Origin: the human T2T-CHM13v2.0 reference genome, Homo sapiens
Strand: one strand, 5' to 3'
Assembly (NCBI RefSeq): GCF_009914755.1
Contig: NC_060942.1
DNA length: 64,000 nt
Shown: positions 1 through 16,647 of the stretch, in pieces
Layout: each line of letters starts with the position of its first letter
Position numbering within the stretch: position 1 is the stretch's first letter
The notes under the pieces: generated by a model
What the model was told of the DNA's origin: nothing
Seen by the model: the letters and a program-made list of their open reading frames with translations, nothing else
Database searches by the model: none
Translations under genes and position numbers: made by a program

Positions 1-211
1 TTAAGGGAAAAAAAGGCAGTTTGTATCTAAACAGTAAAGAAATTTATAAATTTTTTCTTGTTTTCTCATTGTGAAGCTATTTGAATAACCCGTTTCAAGC
101 AAAAGTTATCATGGATTTTCCTGAGGTTTATTAAAAGTGACAGGTTTAGCCTAGACCGTTTCAGTATTTCTATAAACTCACTGATGAATCAGTAAGCTAC
201 CAGTACAAGGG

Positions 212-520
<309 letters not shown>

Positions 521-803
521 GGGTGTTTTTTTGTTTTTGTTTTTTTTAGTTAAAAGAACGTATAGCCAGTGGAAAACAGAGCTTGTACAAAAGTACCTTT
601 GACAGAATTGCCAGGATTGATGATTGTAGGAAATTTATTATTATCTTCATTTACAGATATACATTATGACCTTCAAAGTTTGTAGGAAATTTAAATTTCC
701 ACCTCCTGCCTTTTGTGCACATAATGAGATTTTGAAAATGCAAACCTACACTTATGTGGATGAATTTTGAAAAAATTCTTTTTAGTGTTAGAAGAATACA
801 GTT

Positions 804-1146
<343 letters not shown>

Positions 1147-1200
1147 TTAAAGCTGGGGGTCAGGATCTGTGGTGGCATCCTTCTGAGCCTTTCTATGAAT

Positions 1201-1534
<334 letters not shown>

Positions 1535-1734
1535 TAGGAATTTTACGTGTCTATATGCTTAAATATAAAAACGTATGCTTATTTTATTTTAAGGTAGTGT
1601 ATGTATTGTTTTGTGACCTGATTTTTTTTTTTAACTTAATGTTCAATCTTGATTGTTCCACTTCAGTACTTACAGTGACTCTAACCTCACTTTTAATCAG
1701 GGCATGGTACTCCATAAAAAAGGAATGTGCCAAA

Positions 1735-1835
1735 AACGATGTGAATGCACTTAACACTGTTGAACTGTGCATTTAGATATGGTTACCATGGTAAATTTTA
1801 TGCTATGTGTATTTTTACCACAATCTGAAAAATAA
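1735..1835 (+). mobile_element. Old L1 (L1M-type) 3' terminus fragment
   Basis: gtgaatgcacttaacactgttgaactgtgcattt...atggtaaattttatgctatgtgtatttttaccacaat resembles the L1M 3' end. Confidence 0.6.
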
Positions 1836-3625
1836 AGGATGTACCATGATTGTTACATAATCGTTTATGTACCATTGTCATGGATATGTACATGATTTCT
1901 AGTGCTTTGCTATGTTACAAATAACTGTGCACCAAACGTTTTTGTACATGTGATCCTCAATTTGGGAGATTTTATTTCTGTGGTTTAAAACATTGCCTCT
2001 ATGCCCTGAGATCAATGACATGTCATCCAGATATAGCACATAGAGGCCTTGCCCATTTTTCTTCAGGAATAACTAGGGGAAGAGTAGGTTTTTTTCTATA
2101 TGGATTTTTAGAATTTATTGGTTGTGGGTATGCTATTAGAGAGAGACTATCCTGTAGTAATCTCCTTAGTTGGAGATGTTCTTTCATTAGCTTGTAATCT
2201 CAGTAGGTTCCTGGGCAAGCCCTGCCCAGAGCTCATTTTCACTTGTCCTTTACCAGATACCTGCAGGGATGGTCAGCTCTGGTAAATTACCTGGTTCCTA
2301 AGGCTTTTCTGGCGGTGAAATGAAGAACACCCTGAGGGAACACAGGCAGATGATGGAGTTCTGATAGCTTTGTTAGGTGGCTTATTCCGCAACACAGTTG
2401 CGTAGGGGCCCGAGGGGCCCTGGGCAGAACCCAGGCCTTCTGGTCTCCTGCAGTGGTTTGGTATTTAGTAAACTCTTCTGTGTTTGAATTTTTCTGTGCA
2501 GAACCACGGTTTTGAAATGCTAACCTGAGGGCAGTCTTGCCCTTTAAATGTACATTTTGTTTTCTGAAGAGAAACATGGGGCAGGTATTTTTGGAGGCTT
2601 TATATATTCAGTAAGTAGATATTCCACTGTTCAAGAACCTTCACGCTCACAGCAAGTCAGCACAATTCTGTTTTTGACTTTTGAGCAAGAAAAGGAAAAC
2701 ACTGGTCATGTGAATTGGCTGGAGTTGCTTAATTTGGTTATTGTTCGATGCATATTTATTTCCGGGGTGATGCAGCCCTCTGCCTCTCATGTGTTTGGGG
2801 TCAGTTGGGTGGTCTGGTGGGAGAAGAGGGGAAGAAAGAAAATGGGTAGTCTGCTGCATCATTGTGTGACCTGTCATCTTCCACCTGGGCTTAACACAAA
2901 ACCACAAACCAAAACAGAACCCCCACGCTCACAGGAGGGACCGTCATGCAGGACTAGGCAGTATTGCTGGTTGTGGTTAGTGTCCTCTTCCCAATCCTAG
3001 GGCCTATCTGAAGGCTGGAGACCACACCGAGTCGGGGCGAGCTGCGGTCAGTGCCACTTCCTGAGGAAGTGACTGAGGCAGCCGGGCTTTGTGAAAGCTG
3101 CTTTATCCCTGCGTCCCCCGGGGCAGAGGGGAGCAGAAATAATATGCCAATGGCTTTTCCTGCGGAATTAAAGGAGCCCTCCCCAAACATCTTTTTATTA
3201 GATTAGAGCTTTGCGTTCATAAATTATTTCTAACTACTCTCCTATTCTAGTTCTCAGAAAATGGAAGGAGCAGAACTTCATATCTTTAAGGATTTTCTGG
3301 GATTATGCTCTAATCTAAATTATGAAAACTTGATATATTTTAAAGGAATTTACTCAGTTGAATAATAAACCACAATCATCATGAGTATTTTATTTTATAT
3401 AGGCAGACAGTATAAAACTTTTAGATAGTTCATTAATAAAGGAAAATTGAACATTTTGGAACTTTCATGTGATTTTAGCAAACTGCAAATCAGTCAAATA
3501 TTAAATCCGTTAACTCCATGTGAAAGTAAAGAATCACTTAGAATGTACAATGTCACGTTTTCTAATTTTATAAATATAAAATCAGATATTTTTCTTGTAA
3601 GTTTTCTTTTCAGAAATGAAAATAT

Positions 3626-3928
<303 letters not shown>

Positions 3929-3960
<32 letters not shown>

Positions 3961-4144
3961 TATATATATATATTTTATATATATATAAAATATATATATA
4001 ATTTATATATATATAAAATTAATATATATAATTTATATATATATAAAATATATATAATTTATATATATAAAAAATTATATATATAAATTATATATATAAT
4101 TTATATATATATAATTTATATATATATAATATATATTATATATA

Positions 4145-4175
<31 letters not shown>

Positions 4176-4178
4176 ATT
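3929..4178. repeat. Interrupted (TA)n / pure AT tract grown from an Alu tail
   Basis: No G or C from 3919 to 4178. Confidence 0.95.
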
Positions 4179-4182
4179 CATA

Positions 4183-4390
4183 CAGGCTGAGTATCCCTTA
4201 TCCGTAATGCTTGGGACCAGCATTTAGGTTTTTTTGTTCCAGATTTTGGAATATTTACATTATACTCACCAGTTGAACATCTCAAATCTAAAAATCCAAA
4301 ATTTGAAAGTTCCAAATGAGCATTTGAGTGTTAATTTGGCACTCAAAAAGTTTAGGATTTTGGAGCATTTCAGATTTAGAATATTCAGTG
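4183..4390. mobile_element. MER46/Tigger4-like TcMar DNA transposon relic
   Basis: ta|caggctgagtatcccttatcc...gcttgggaccag start; ends at ...tcagtg|ta (TA target site). Confidence 0.65.
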
Positions 4391-4728
4391 TACTTCTCCC
4401 CCAGACCTCTTACAAATCATGTTTTCTCTTTCCGTGATTTTCTTTCTCTCTCTTTTCCAAGCATTTTAGATATATATGCCTAAGTAGTTAACACATAGAG
4501 TTAAAAAGCTCTGAAGTTAGCTAGATAGAGGTGAATAAACCCTCCCTGGGCACTTCCTGTTTCCAGGTAACTGCCACAAATAAAGAGGGATGCTTGTTCC
4601 AGGTGTACCTGAAATTTATCAGGTTGTCTTTCTTGAGCCATATAACACATATCCATGTACTTGTACTTTTTCTGTAAAATACAGTTAGTAAGAAAACAGC
4701 ACTTATATTAACTTGTACTTTCTACTTA

Positions 4729-5576
<848 letters not shown>

Positions 5577-6120
5577 TTAAGTACCCTGGTTAGTACTTAA
5601 CTGTTACAACTGGGTTTATCTAAATATTTGCTCTTCTTCTACCCAGAGGGCCATTATTGTGTCTTTGACTCCAGTTTGATCCTTATTCTTTTTTTGATAT
5701 AAAGGTGGTTCCATCATTATCTCCTTAATGACTTCTGGGTTTCTTTTTTTTAAACCTTAAACTGTACCTGGTATCTCCTTGCCAAAATCCCAATGACCCC
5801 GCATTGCTCTGTTACAGGAATTCTTTTCCCTCTGTCCTTGCACTAACTGCCGCCCATTTTTTTTTTTTTTTGAGAAATTTAAAAAGTAAGGAAGGATATG
5901 TGAATTACTTATTAAGTACTACCTGTATTCTCACCAGTCACTGTAATATGACTGTATGCCCAGTCTGTTCCCTCTCCCCTTCTTTTTCTCCATCCTGCCC
6001 TCTAGCTTCTTCTTCCTCCTCCCCCACTCCACCTCTTCCTCTTCCTCAGACCTCTTTACCTCTTCTTCCCGGTAGGTAAATGGTTCCTCTCCTTCCTTTT
6101 TTTTTTTCCTTCTTAAACTA

Positions 6121-6480
6121 TTTTTTTAGATATGGGGCCTCTGTCATCCAGGCTGGGGTGCAGTGATGCTATCATAGCTCACTGCAGCCTTGACCTCCCG
6201 GGTTCAAGTGATCCTCCCACCTCAGCCTCCTGAGTAGCAGGAACTACACGCATGCCACCGTATCGGGCTAACTGGGTTCAAGCGATTCTCCTGCCTCAGC
6301 CTCCCGAGTAGCTAGGACTACACACGTGCGCCACCATGCCTGGCTAATTTTTTGTAATTTTTAGTAGAGACGGGATTTCACCATGTTAGCCAGGATGGTC
6401 TCGATCCCTTGATCTTGTGATCTGCCTGCCTCGGCCTCCCAAAGTGCTGGGATCACAGGCATGAGCCACTGCGCCCGGCC
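6121..6480 (-). mobile_element. Composite Alu: AluJ-like right arm (6121-6271) fused to a 3'-truncated younger Alu (6272-6480)
   Basis: The right-arm segment gggttcaag..gatt/cctcc..cctcagcctcc occurs twice in succession. Confidence 0.8.
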
Positions 6481-6496
6481 TCTCTCTTTCCTCTTA

Positions 6497-6805
<309 letters not shown>

Positions 6806-8186
6806 AACCTGGGACGCTTGTACTTACGAACATTTAAAAAAATCAGGTAAAATGGATCATGCTTTGTAAGTGTGATTAAAAAGACTTTTTACTGTTAGTG
6901 TTGGTCTGTGTTCTTGCATGTGTTTTAAGCTTTTTACCTAAAATAGGAATTTATTTATAATGAGTTTGACTGAGGATCTCTTAGAAAGTTGGTTAACCTT
7001 CTCTGTTCTGACCAGTCCTCGTTTTGTTGTTGAACGTGCCATCCTCTTTCCCACCCTGGTGTGATACTAAGTGCCAGCCTATGCCAGTCTGCCCTCCCTC
7101 CTAAAGCTGGATAAACTCCTGGGTTCACATTTACCTTGAGTTGGGGGAAGTAGTTTATTATTTGGAATAGAACATTTCCTTCAGGCCAAGATCCTTTAGG
7201 AAAATGAAAGTAAAAGTGCTAAAATACCAGCCCCCACTCACCCATAAGCAAGGCTGGTTTACTGTGAAATCAAGAATATATAGTATCTTGATGGATAGAG
7301 TGACAGAAGGTATTCTTGGAGACATTTTAAACATAAAAATTATGATTTAAGCGCATGAGTAAATTATTTTAATGTCTCCATTTCTCTCATCTTTCATTTT
7401 ATCGTGAGTTAAACATATATCTTCAGGATTTTAAAGCAAAAGAGTGAAACACAACACTGTGTCTCAAAGGGTTTTTTCTTTTTTGTTTAAGAGTTATTTT
7501 TGTAAGAATTTATGAAGAAAGGTTGTTCTTGTGGTTACTTGCTTTGGCTTTAAACTCTCTTTGGAGAATATCACAATCTAAATTTAAAGGGTACTCTTGA
7601 AAACACTGTTGAATTGACATGGAGTGTCTGATTTGATGGAAGCCCCGTAGACCTGGAACGGTATCTGGGATATGTTACTGAGTGTGAAAATGCCTATATA
7701 TGTGTATGTATATTTATGCTTATGTATGCATTTAGAAATCTGTATCCCAAATGTTACCAGTTGATCTCTGGTGAGGAGGCCTCCCAGAGGCCTTTGGTTT
7801 CTGTTGCTTATACTTCTGGGTGTTAGAGCATTGGCAAAGAGCACGTAATACCCATAATAAATTCCAGGAATGAAAGAGGTACATTTGAACAAAGGGCAGC
7901 CTGTCGTCTAAATAAAGCGCTTCACAACGATGCTACTTTGGCATTCAAGTTTGAGCAATTGTGATGCAGAAGCAATGTTCGTGTAGAGATTTTGAATCTA
8001 AGAGGTTCTGTTGGCTGAAGGTTCCCCAAGTGGGGGCGTGGCAGAGACAGGAGGGGAACATTACTGCAGTAGAACTCATACAAGAGAATTCAGTTTTCTG
8101 CTGCTGGTGGGTGAAATGATGAGATCTGTGACTGCTGTTTCTGTAGTACTCTGCAAAGAAAGTCCCAAGGAATGCTTGTCAATTAA

Positions 8187-8537
<351 letters not shown>

Positions 8538-8645
8538 TAAAAAAAGAATAATTAGAAGTGTCTGTGAGTTGATTTAGAAATCAATGAATCTCTTGCTATT
8601 ATTATGTTAATAGTTTGCTTTAGAAATGAGATAACTAGTTGCCTG

Positions 8646-8940
8646 GTGCCTGGCGTGGCGGCTCACACCTGTAATCCCAGCACTTTGGGAGGCTGAGATG
8701 GGTGGATCGCTTGCCCAGCCTGGGCAACATGGCTGTGGCGAAACCCTGTCACTACAAAATACCAAATATTAGCCGGGTGTGGTGGCTCGTGCCTGTAATC
8801 CCAGCTCTTGGGAAGGCTGAGGTGGGGAGGATCGCTTGAGCCTGGGAGGTTGAGACCACAGTGACTCGTTATCATGTCACTGCACTTCAATCTGGGCGAC
8901 AAAGCAAGACTCTGTCTCAAAAAAAAAAAAAAAGAAAGAA
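8646..8940 (+). mobile_element. Alu (AluJ-like)
   Basis: Dimer with poly-A; gaaatgagataa on both flanks. Confidence 0.85.
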
Positions 8941-9419
8941 ATGAGATAATTGGGAAGCTATGTGAATTTTGGACCCACATGCTTATTATATTGATCTGTT
9001 AGGACTGCTTAAGAGCTAACTTGTCACCTGTGAAATGGTTGGCTTGATATTTTGATATTTAAAGGTTTGCCTTTTGCTTCTCGTGGGTACAAGCCAGAGA
9101 GAGCAGTGGTTACATGGGGGTAGAATGGTGACTCGTTTTTACCTGACTGTGGATCAGCTGGGTGGTTCCTGAATCTCACTGGGCTCATTGTGGCTCTTTG
9201 CTTGTCCTGTATTTACTGTCTGTGGTAGTGAGATAGAAGAACCACCATGTTCTTCTGGTTCTAGACTCAAACTACAGGGAGAAGGAAGAGATGTGTCTGG
9301 CATCATTTCCGTGTTGGAGTAACTTTGTGGTAGATTGCTGTGGCCTTTCTTTGTGGCCTGCCACTTGTCTTACATTCTTCAGAGCATTTATGCACAGGAG
9401 CATAAATATATGATTTTCA

Positions 9420-9767
<348 letters not shown>

Positions 9768-10111
9768 CTAGGAAGAGTTTAAATAATGGAATAAGTGAAA
9801 AGGATGTTCTTACTAATCAAATCCAGTAAACCATGGCTCGTTGTGGGTATTAATTTGCTAGGCTTTATGAATATTGACCTCCTTATTCTTCCCTAAGGAA
9901 GTAATTAATCATTTGCCTTTTGTGTGGTCTTGATCTTCCTTTTATGCACCTTGTTTTCATTAGACTTGAAGCCATCCTCGATTTTCAGGCACTACTTGGC
10001 ATTTTACGAACAAACTACCCTGTCAATTTTTCTAGATATTTTAGCATATTTTCTAGGTTAATGTTGTTGTCTACTTGGAATATTTAGAGATTAATGTACA
10101 TGAACATTTTG

Positions 10112-10236
10112 GGAGCTGGACATGGTGGCCTGTAGTCCCAGCACATGGGAGGCTAAGGCAGGAGGATCATGTGAGCCCAGGAGTTTAAGACCAGCCTGGG
10201 CAACATAGGCCTTGTCTCTGTAGTTTAGAAGAAAAA
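10112..10236 (+). mobile_element. Alu monomer (FLAM-like)
   Basis: Single left-arm-like unit. Confidence 0.7.
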
Positions 10237-11103
10237 GCATTGTGGAACTCAGAGAAAAGTTACTATCCCACAGGAAGAGCCAAAAGAAATTGTGCCTGAG
10301 CCATTCTCCTTCTTTTCCCCTTATCCCTGTGGCACAGAGCCATTGGCAGAGGCTCTAATTGGGCTTTTCTGTGTAAATTGTTGCTAAAGTTTGACCTAAA
10401 TCGGCTTGCCCAACTTCAATTTTCTGCCAGGGTGCCAGTCACAGATGGTATTGGTGGCCCTCCACTGAGCAGTAGCTGCGTCGTCTTCTAGATGCTTGCA
10501 GCCTCTGTCTCACGTTTGGCTGCAAAGGAACAGACGCATGTCTTTAAGGCAGTATTTCCCAAAAGGGCACGTACACCTCCCAGATGCTGTTAGGGAAAAG
10601 AGAGTCCAGAGGTCAGATAGATTTGATAAGTATTTTATGCTCTAGCCCTTCTTGGCGATTCAAAATGTGCTTTAATATATTAAAGCTCTCAAAATGGGTT
10701 GGGGATAAAGATTTGGGGAACTCTTGTGGCAAAGAAACCAGTTTAAACTTTGTTTAACCATTTGACCCTAAGATCTCCTTTGTTCCTAATGTCTACAAAC
10801 ATTCTGGGAGACAGTGACGGACGGGCCTGCCTGTTGGAGCTGGCTGAGGCTGGCTGCCAGTCTATATCGTACGTGTCTCTTCCCAGCTCCACCAGGACAT
10901 CTTGTTAGTAGCTTGAAATGTATCCCAGTGGGAGGATCTAAGTCACAGAAATGGGCAAAGGCTAAAAATCGGGGCTCCCCACCCCTCACACTCCTTGTTG
11001 CTAAAGGTTGCTAGCCTGTTGCTGGTATTTATCAGCCCATTTCCCTAAAGGTGTCATAAGGGGTGCCAGACATTAGAATACAGTGCATTTCTCAAATCTT
11101 CAC

Positions 11104-11406
11104 TTTCTTTCTTTCTTTCTTTTTTTTTTTTTGAGATGGTCTCACTCTGTCGACGAGGCTGTACTGCAGTGGCATGATCATAGCTCACTGGCAGCCTTGA
11201 GCTCCTGGCCTCAAACGGTCCTCCTACCTTAGCCTCCCAAGTAGCTGAGACCACAGGTACATGCCACCACACCTCACTAACTTTAAATTTTTAAAATAGA
11301 AATGAGGTCTCACTCTGTTGCCCAGGCTGGTCTTAAACTCTTGGCCTCAAGCGATCTTCCCACCTCAGCCTCCCAAAGTGTTGAAATTATGGGCGTCACC
11401 CAGCCA
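11104..11406 (-). mobile_element. Alu (AluJ-like)
   Basis: Reverse Alu with catagctcact AluJ-type diagnostics. Confidence 0.85.
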
Positions 11407-11469
11407 GATCCTTGCTTTTCAGTGCAGTGTAACTTTCTTCCCTGTTAAATCTAGCAGTGTTTGTTTTTT

Positions 11470-11700
11470 GTTGTTGTTGTTTGTTTTTTAAGTAAAATAT
11501 ACATAATATTTGTCATCTTAACCATAAGTGTACAGTTCAGTGAGATGAAATATGTTACCCATGGTAAAAGTTTTCCATCACCTTCAAAAAAAGCTCTGAA
11601 CCAAATAAATAACTCTCCCTTCTCACCTTCCTCCTGCTTGTGGTAACTTCTCTTCTACTTCCTGTCTCTTAATTTGCCTATTCTAGGCACTTCAAGTAAG
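11470..11700 (-). mobile_element. Old L1 3' fragment
   Basis: aagtgtacagttcagtg...ggtaact..tctacttcctgtctc..atttgcctattctag. Confidence 0.6.
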
Positions 11701-12932
11701 TGCAGCAGTTTTTATCTGGCCAATCTACTGTGACCCAGTCAAGCCACCACCCATGTCTGGGCTGGGAAGGTGGGGAAAGAGGCTGCTGCACATGCTTGGG
11801 ATGTCTTCAGCCATATGCATCTGTCCATCTGTTCATCCACCCATCCGTCTGTCCATCCGCCCACTCAGCTATCTGTTTATCAAGGTATAACAATACAGCT
11901 TTTTTATTCCTCTCCCTCTGTAACCTATTTGGGCCTTATTTATGTTTCTCTTCTTATAAACCACCTCAGATCTTTCTGTAGAGGTATTTATTAAGTAAAA
12001 CAACACCACCACATGACGGACATAAATATTGAAAAGACCAATCGATTGGAAGGATTAATCAGTAGAGGGAGGTGTTTTCAGGGGATTTAGACAGGAGGAA
12101 GATAGCCTAGGCTGACAAATGGAGCAGATGAAGATAAATCGGCAAAATAAGTAGGGAGACAAGATCCCTGTCCCATGTGACCATGCATTTGAAAGCAGGC
12201 AGCCCAGCGAGGTAGAGGCATGAAAGGCTGTATGGACTGCGCTCTTCAAAGGGCTGTGGTTTTGTTCTGGGGTCTAGTCTTAGGTTGTAAGCTTTTTTCT
12301 CTTCTCTTTCTGTTTTTTCCCCCGGGGCTTGAACAGACTCAAAATACTCTTAGGGTTGGAATTTCTCTTTGATTCTGGTCTTGGTTAGCAGGGGTGGGGG
12401 GGATTGTTATGAACATTTCATTAGATGTGTGTGCTCTTAGATATGGTCAGTTTGACTGAACAGTTGCTCTGTTTCTGCATTAAGCACGTAATTTTGTAAG
12501 TTTTGTAGCTTTTTGGAATATAAAGTAGTTGAATACTTAAAGCTCCCCCTGCTGCCTTCCCTTTATTTTTAACTTGGACTGAGCAAGGTTCTTCTAAATG
12601 CATTGAGGTTGGGGGGAAAAAGACCTAAAAAAGAAAAATACACTGAATAATACTTTCACATATACACGAAACCTGATTTTGCAATCTAAAATGACTGTTT
12701 TTGGGTTTTCAATTATGGAACATTTTCTGACAAATAATAGAATTTGCTGTATTTCACTGTAAACAGTTTTGAGAATGCACTAAATGCAACAACAACCTTA
12801 GGATTAGTTATCATGACAGATTGGCATTAGGAAAAATGATGAGTATATTTTATGTTCTGGAGGAATGAGACTTGAAGAGCAGAGCAATTTTTAAGTTGTT
12901 TACATCGAGGGAAGAGATGTAAAGTTAAGATT

Positions 12933-13253
12933 GGCTGGGCGCGGTGGCTCACGCCTGTAATCCCAGCACTTAGGGAGCCCGAGGCAGGCAGATCACCTGA
13001 GATCAGGAGTTTGAGACCAGCCTGGCCAACATGGCGAATCCCCATCTTTACTAAAAATATGAAAATTAGCCAGGAGTAGTGGCAGGTGCCTGTAATCCCA
13101 GCTACTTAGGAGGCTGAGGCAGGAGAATTGCTTGAATTCAGAGGCGGAGGTTGCAGTGAGCCGAGACCATGCTACTGCACTCCACCCTGGGTGACAAAGC
13201 AGTGGGACTCTGTCTCAAAAATAAATAAGTAAGTAAATAAATAAATGAATAAA
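12933..13253 (+). mobile_element. Alu (AluS-like) with (AAAT)n tail
   Basis: Full dimer. Confidence 0.9.
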
Positions 13254-13469
13254 GATTATTACTTAACTCCTTTCAACAATTTAAAATTTTTTGTCAAAGT
13301 AATACATGTACATAGATCAAAAAAATAGTACTTTACATCATAATTCCCTTAGGCAGTGAATTTGAATTTTTTGGTTTGTTCTGTTATTTCTAAATAATGT
13401 GCTTACATTGCTAAACTTGGACTTGTTCATTTGAGATAGTACCTGCTGACTGTGTGTGGTCAGAGAGAA

Positions 13470-13640
13470 GGTGACAGACCTGGACTGTGGAGGCAGAATC
13501 CTCTTGCTCACTAGCCACGTGTCCTTGAGCAAGACACTTAAACTTCTCTGTCTTATAGAATAGGAATAATCACCACCATCATCATAATGGCTCCGAGGCC
13601 TACCTTTAATGTATGTAGGGCCTGGGGCAAGAGTACTAAT
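13470..13640 (+). mobile_element. MIR fragment
   Basis: cactagccacgtgtccttgagcaagacacttaaacttctctg resembles the MIR core. Confidence 0.55.
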
Positions 13641-14487
13641 GGAGACCAGATGGCTAAATATTTAAAAGGTATATTTAAATATTTACAAGGTATATATGAT
13701 ATGCCTAAATATTTAAAGGGTTCAAATCTACCTCTGTCTATGGCCTGGCCCCTGTGTTCACCCAGGTCCTTGCAGCCTACTCTCCCTGAAGACCAGAGTC
13801 TAACAGACAGCCTCACACTTGGACCAGCCCTGAGCCAGGCCCCGGAGTCTGCCCCGGCAGCCCAGCGTGAATGCCGCGCTAGACCCGCTGATCCCAGGTG
13901 TAGTCTTGGCAGCTCAAGCTTCCCAGGAGCCTGTCTCCATCTAGGGTGATTTTATCGTATTCCCTCACACCTTGATTCTCTGATTTCCAGGCACTTCTAA
14001 GCACCTCCCCAAAACTGTACCATCTGTGCTGGGGAAATCAGGGAGCCTGTCCTGCCTAGACACCCACTTTTTCTCTGGTACCCCAGGGCAGGGGCTGTGA
14101 CCTGCACATACATGCCCCCTGCTTCCCCACTGACCTGTCTTTCCCAGAATTCCTCCTTGTTTGGCCAGTTTCCAAAATTAAAAGGGAATGAAACAAAAGT
14201 TTCCCATGAGACTGAGAAGCATAGTCTCTGGCTTTCAGCGCTGGAGAGAAATGGGTTGTCTACCACGCAGGCCGGGGCAGAGCCCCCTTTGTCTGGAAGC
14301 ACAGGTGCTGAGTGCGCGTAGATTGCTGTGGGGATCCATGCGTTCACAGCGGCAAGCCTCTTAAAATAGAGTCCGGACACAGCGAGTCCGTGTGATTGTT
14401 GGTTCTGCTGCTTCGCTTTTTGGAGCTCTGTAATTTCACTCCAGCGTGGACTTCTTTCCACCTCTTGTATTGGGCCAGCAGAGGTAG

Positions 14488-14618
14488 AGAGTTGTCAGAC
14501 TTAGCAAATAAAAAATACAAGATGCTCAGATAAACAGTGGAACATCCTTACACTACAAGATGATTTGTTTATCTGAAATTCAGATTTAACTTGGCATCCT
14601 TTATTTTTCTGGCAGCCT
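14488..14618. mobile_element. MER53-like palindromic hAT MITE relic
   Basis: agagttgtcagacttagcaaataaaaaataca...tttatctgaaattcagatttaact..ggcatcct..tctggcagcct with inverted ends. Confidence 0.7.
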
Positions 14619-14623
14619 AATGA

Positions 14624-15029
<406 letters not shown>

Positions 15030-15959
15030 GAAACACTCTTTTTAGTCAGATGTTGGACCAGCTGTATTGAACTTTTAATTTTCATACCTTTTCTCTTCTA
15101 TCGTCTGTCTTTATTTTCTAGTTATACTCTTGGGGAGAGATCTTGATTTCCTTGACTCTGTTGTTTCACCTATTTTATCTTTTATTTCAGTTATTAATAT
15201 TTATAATTTCCAAAAGTTCCTTCATAACTTCCTGTCCATTTTTCTCTGAGGATACTAATTGTACATATATTCTTTTCTTCCTCTCCTTGTAGCATCTCTG
15301 TCCTCTTTATTTTTGATTTTTGTTTTGATTCAGATCTCTTTGTCTAGAGGCTTTCCCATGCATCTGGTGATTGTTTAGGGATGAGGCTGTGGAGAGCTGC
15401 CCGGGAGGTCTGTCTGCGCAGCTGCGGCCTGTCCTCCAGGGGCTTCTCTGTGATTCCTCGTGGAGCTGGACTCATCGGAGGATCGCAGCAGTCAGCATCC
15501 GGAATCTTTTCACTGGTGCTTTTGTTTTCCTAGGAGACTTGTCCATGCTTCTGCCTGGGGGATAAACTTGGCTTTAGGCTGTAGGGCTGGAGGAAATGGA
15601 GGTCAGGCTCTCTGTTCTGGTTTCTGTCTCATGCTCACCCTGTGGCCCTGAACCCTGAGCTTCCACGGCTTTGATAGCCCAGAGATTCTCCTCTCCCTCC
15701 TCCCTAGCTTCCCCAGCTGATGAAGGGTCGGGGGCTCCCTGTTTCTAGCCCTGCCCTGCTCCCTGCTTTCTTTGCTGGCTCCAGGGCCTGGCTGTCTCTG
15801 CAGCTGTAGGACTGACCGTCCCCACCTCCATGGCAGCCTCCTACCAGACCTTAGGACGGAGCTTCATGATCTGGTGGTCACCTGCCCCTCCCTGTCCTCC
15901 TCCTCTTCCCCAAACTTTGTTGATGCCTCACCTTGGCTTTGACTCCATTCTCACAGCAT

Positions 15960-16195
15960 ATTGTTTTTGGCAACCGTTATTGACATACAATTCACATACC
16001 ATGCCACCTGCCTCTTTAAAGCACACAGGTCAGTCATTTTTAACATGTTCACAGAGTTGTACAGTCACCACCAGTCAATTTTAGGACATTTTCATCACCT
16101 CAGAAAGAAACCCTGTATCCTTTAGCCATGATGCCCAGTTCCCAACCCCCAAGCTCTAAGCAACCACTTACTTCCTGTCTCTATTTGCCTATTTA
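15960..16195 (-). mobile_element. Old L1 3' fragment
   Basis: acaattcacatacc...acagagttgtaca..catcacctcagaaagaaaccctgta..caaccact. Confidence 0.65.
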
Positions 16196-16517
16196 AATTA
16201 AAAAAAAAATACTTTTAATGCCATCTTTGTAGGGTTTCAGGAGGGAAGGGAAAGAAACTCGTGAATTCACTCAGCCTTGTTTCATGGGCAGTCCTTGCCA
16301 TGTATAAAATATTAAAATTCAAAAACCATCTGCCTGTTTCTATTTCTACCTTCATAGTATTGACCCATGGCCGAGATGGGACCTTTCCTCTGGGTCTCTT
16401 TCTTTTCCTTCTTATGCCCTTGTTTAATGTCTCTGTTTGACCTGAACTTCTCTTTTCTGGAGCTGGGCGTTGTGAAGCCCACATCAGTGGCCTTCGTCTC
16501 CTCTTGGCTTCTAGCAC

Positions 16518-16647
16518 TTTTCTTTTTTTCTTTTTTAGAGATGGAGTCTAGCTATGTTGGCCAGGTTGGTCCTGAACGGCTGACCTCAGTCCTCCCGCCT
16601 CAGCCTTCCAAAGTGGGATTACAGGCGTGAGCCACTGCGCTCGGCCT
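16518..16647 (-). mobile_element. Alu monomer (FLAM-like)
   Basis: Reverse left arm with T tail. Confidence 0.7.
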
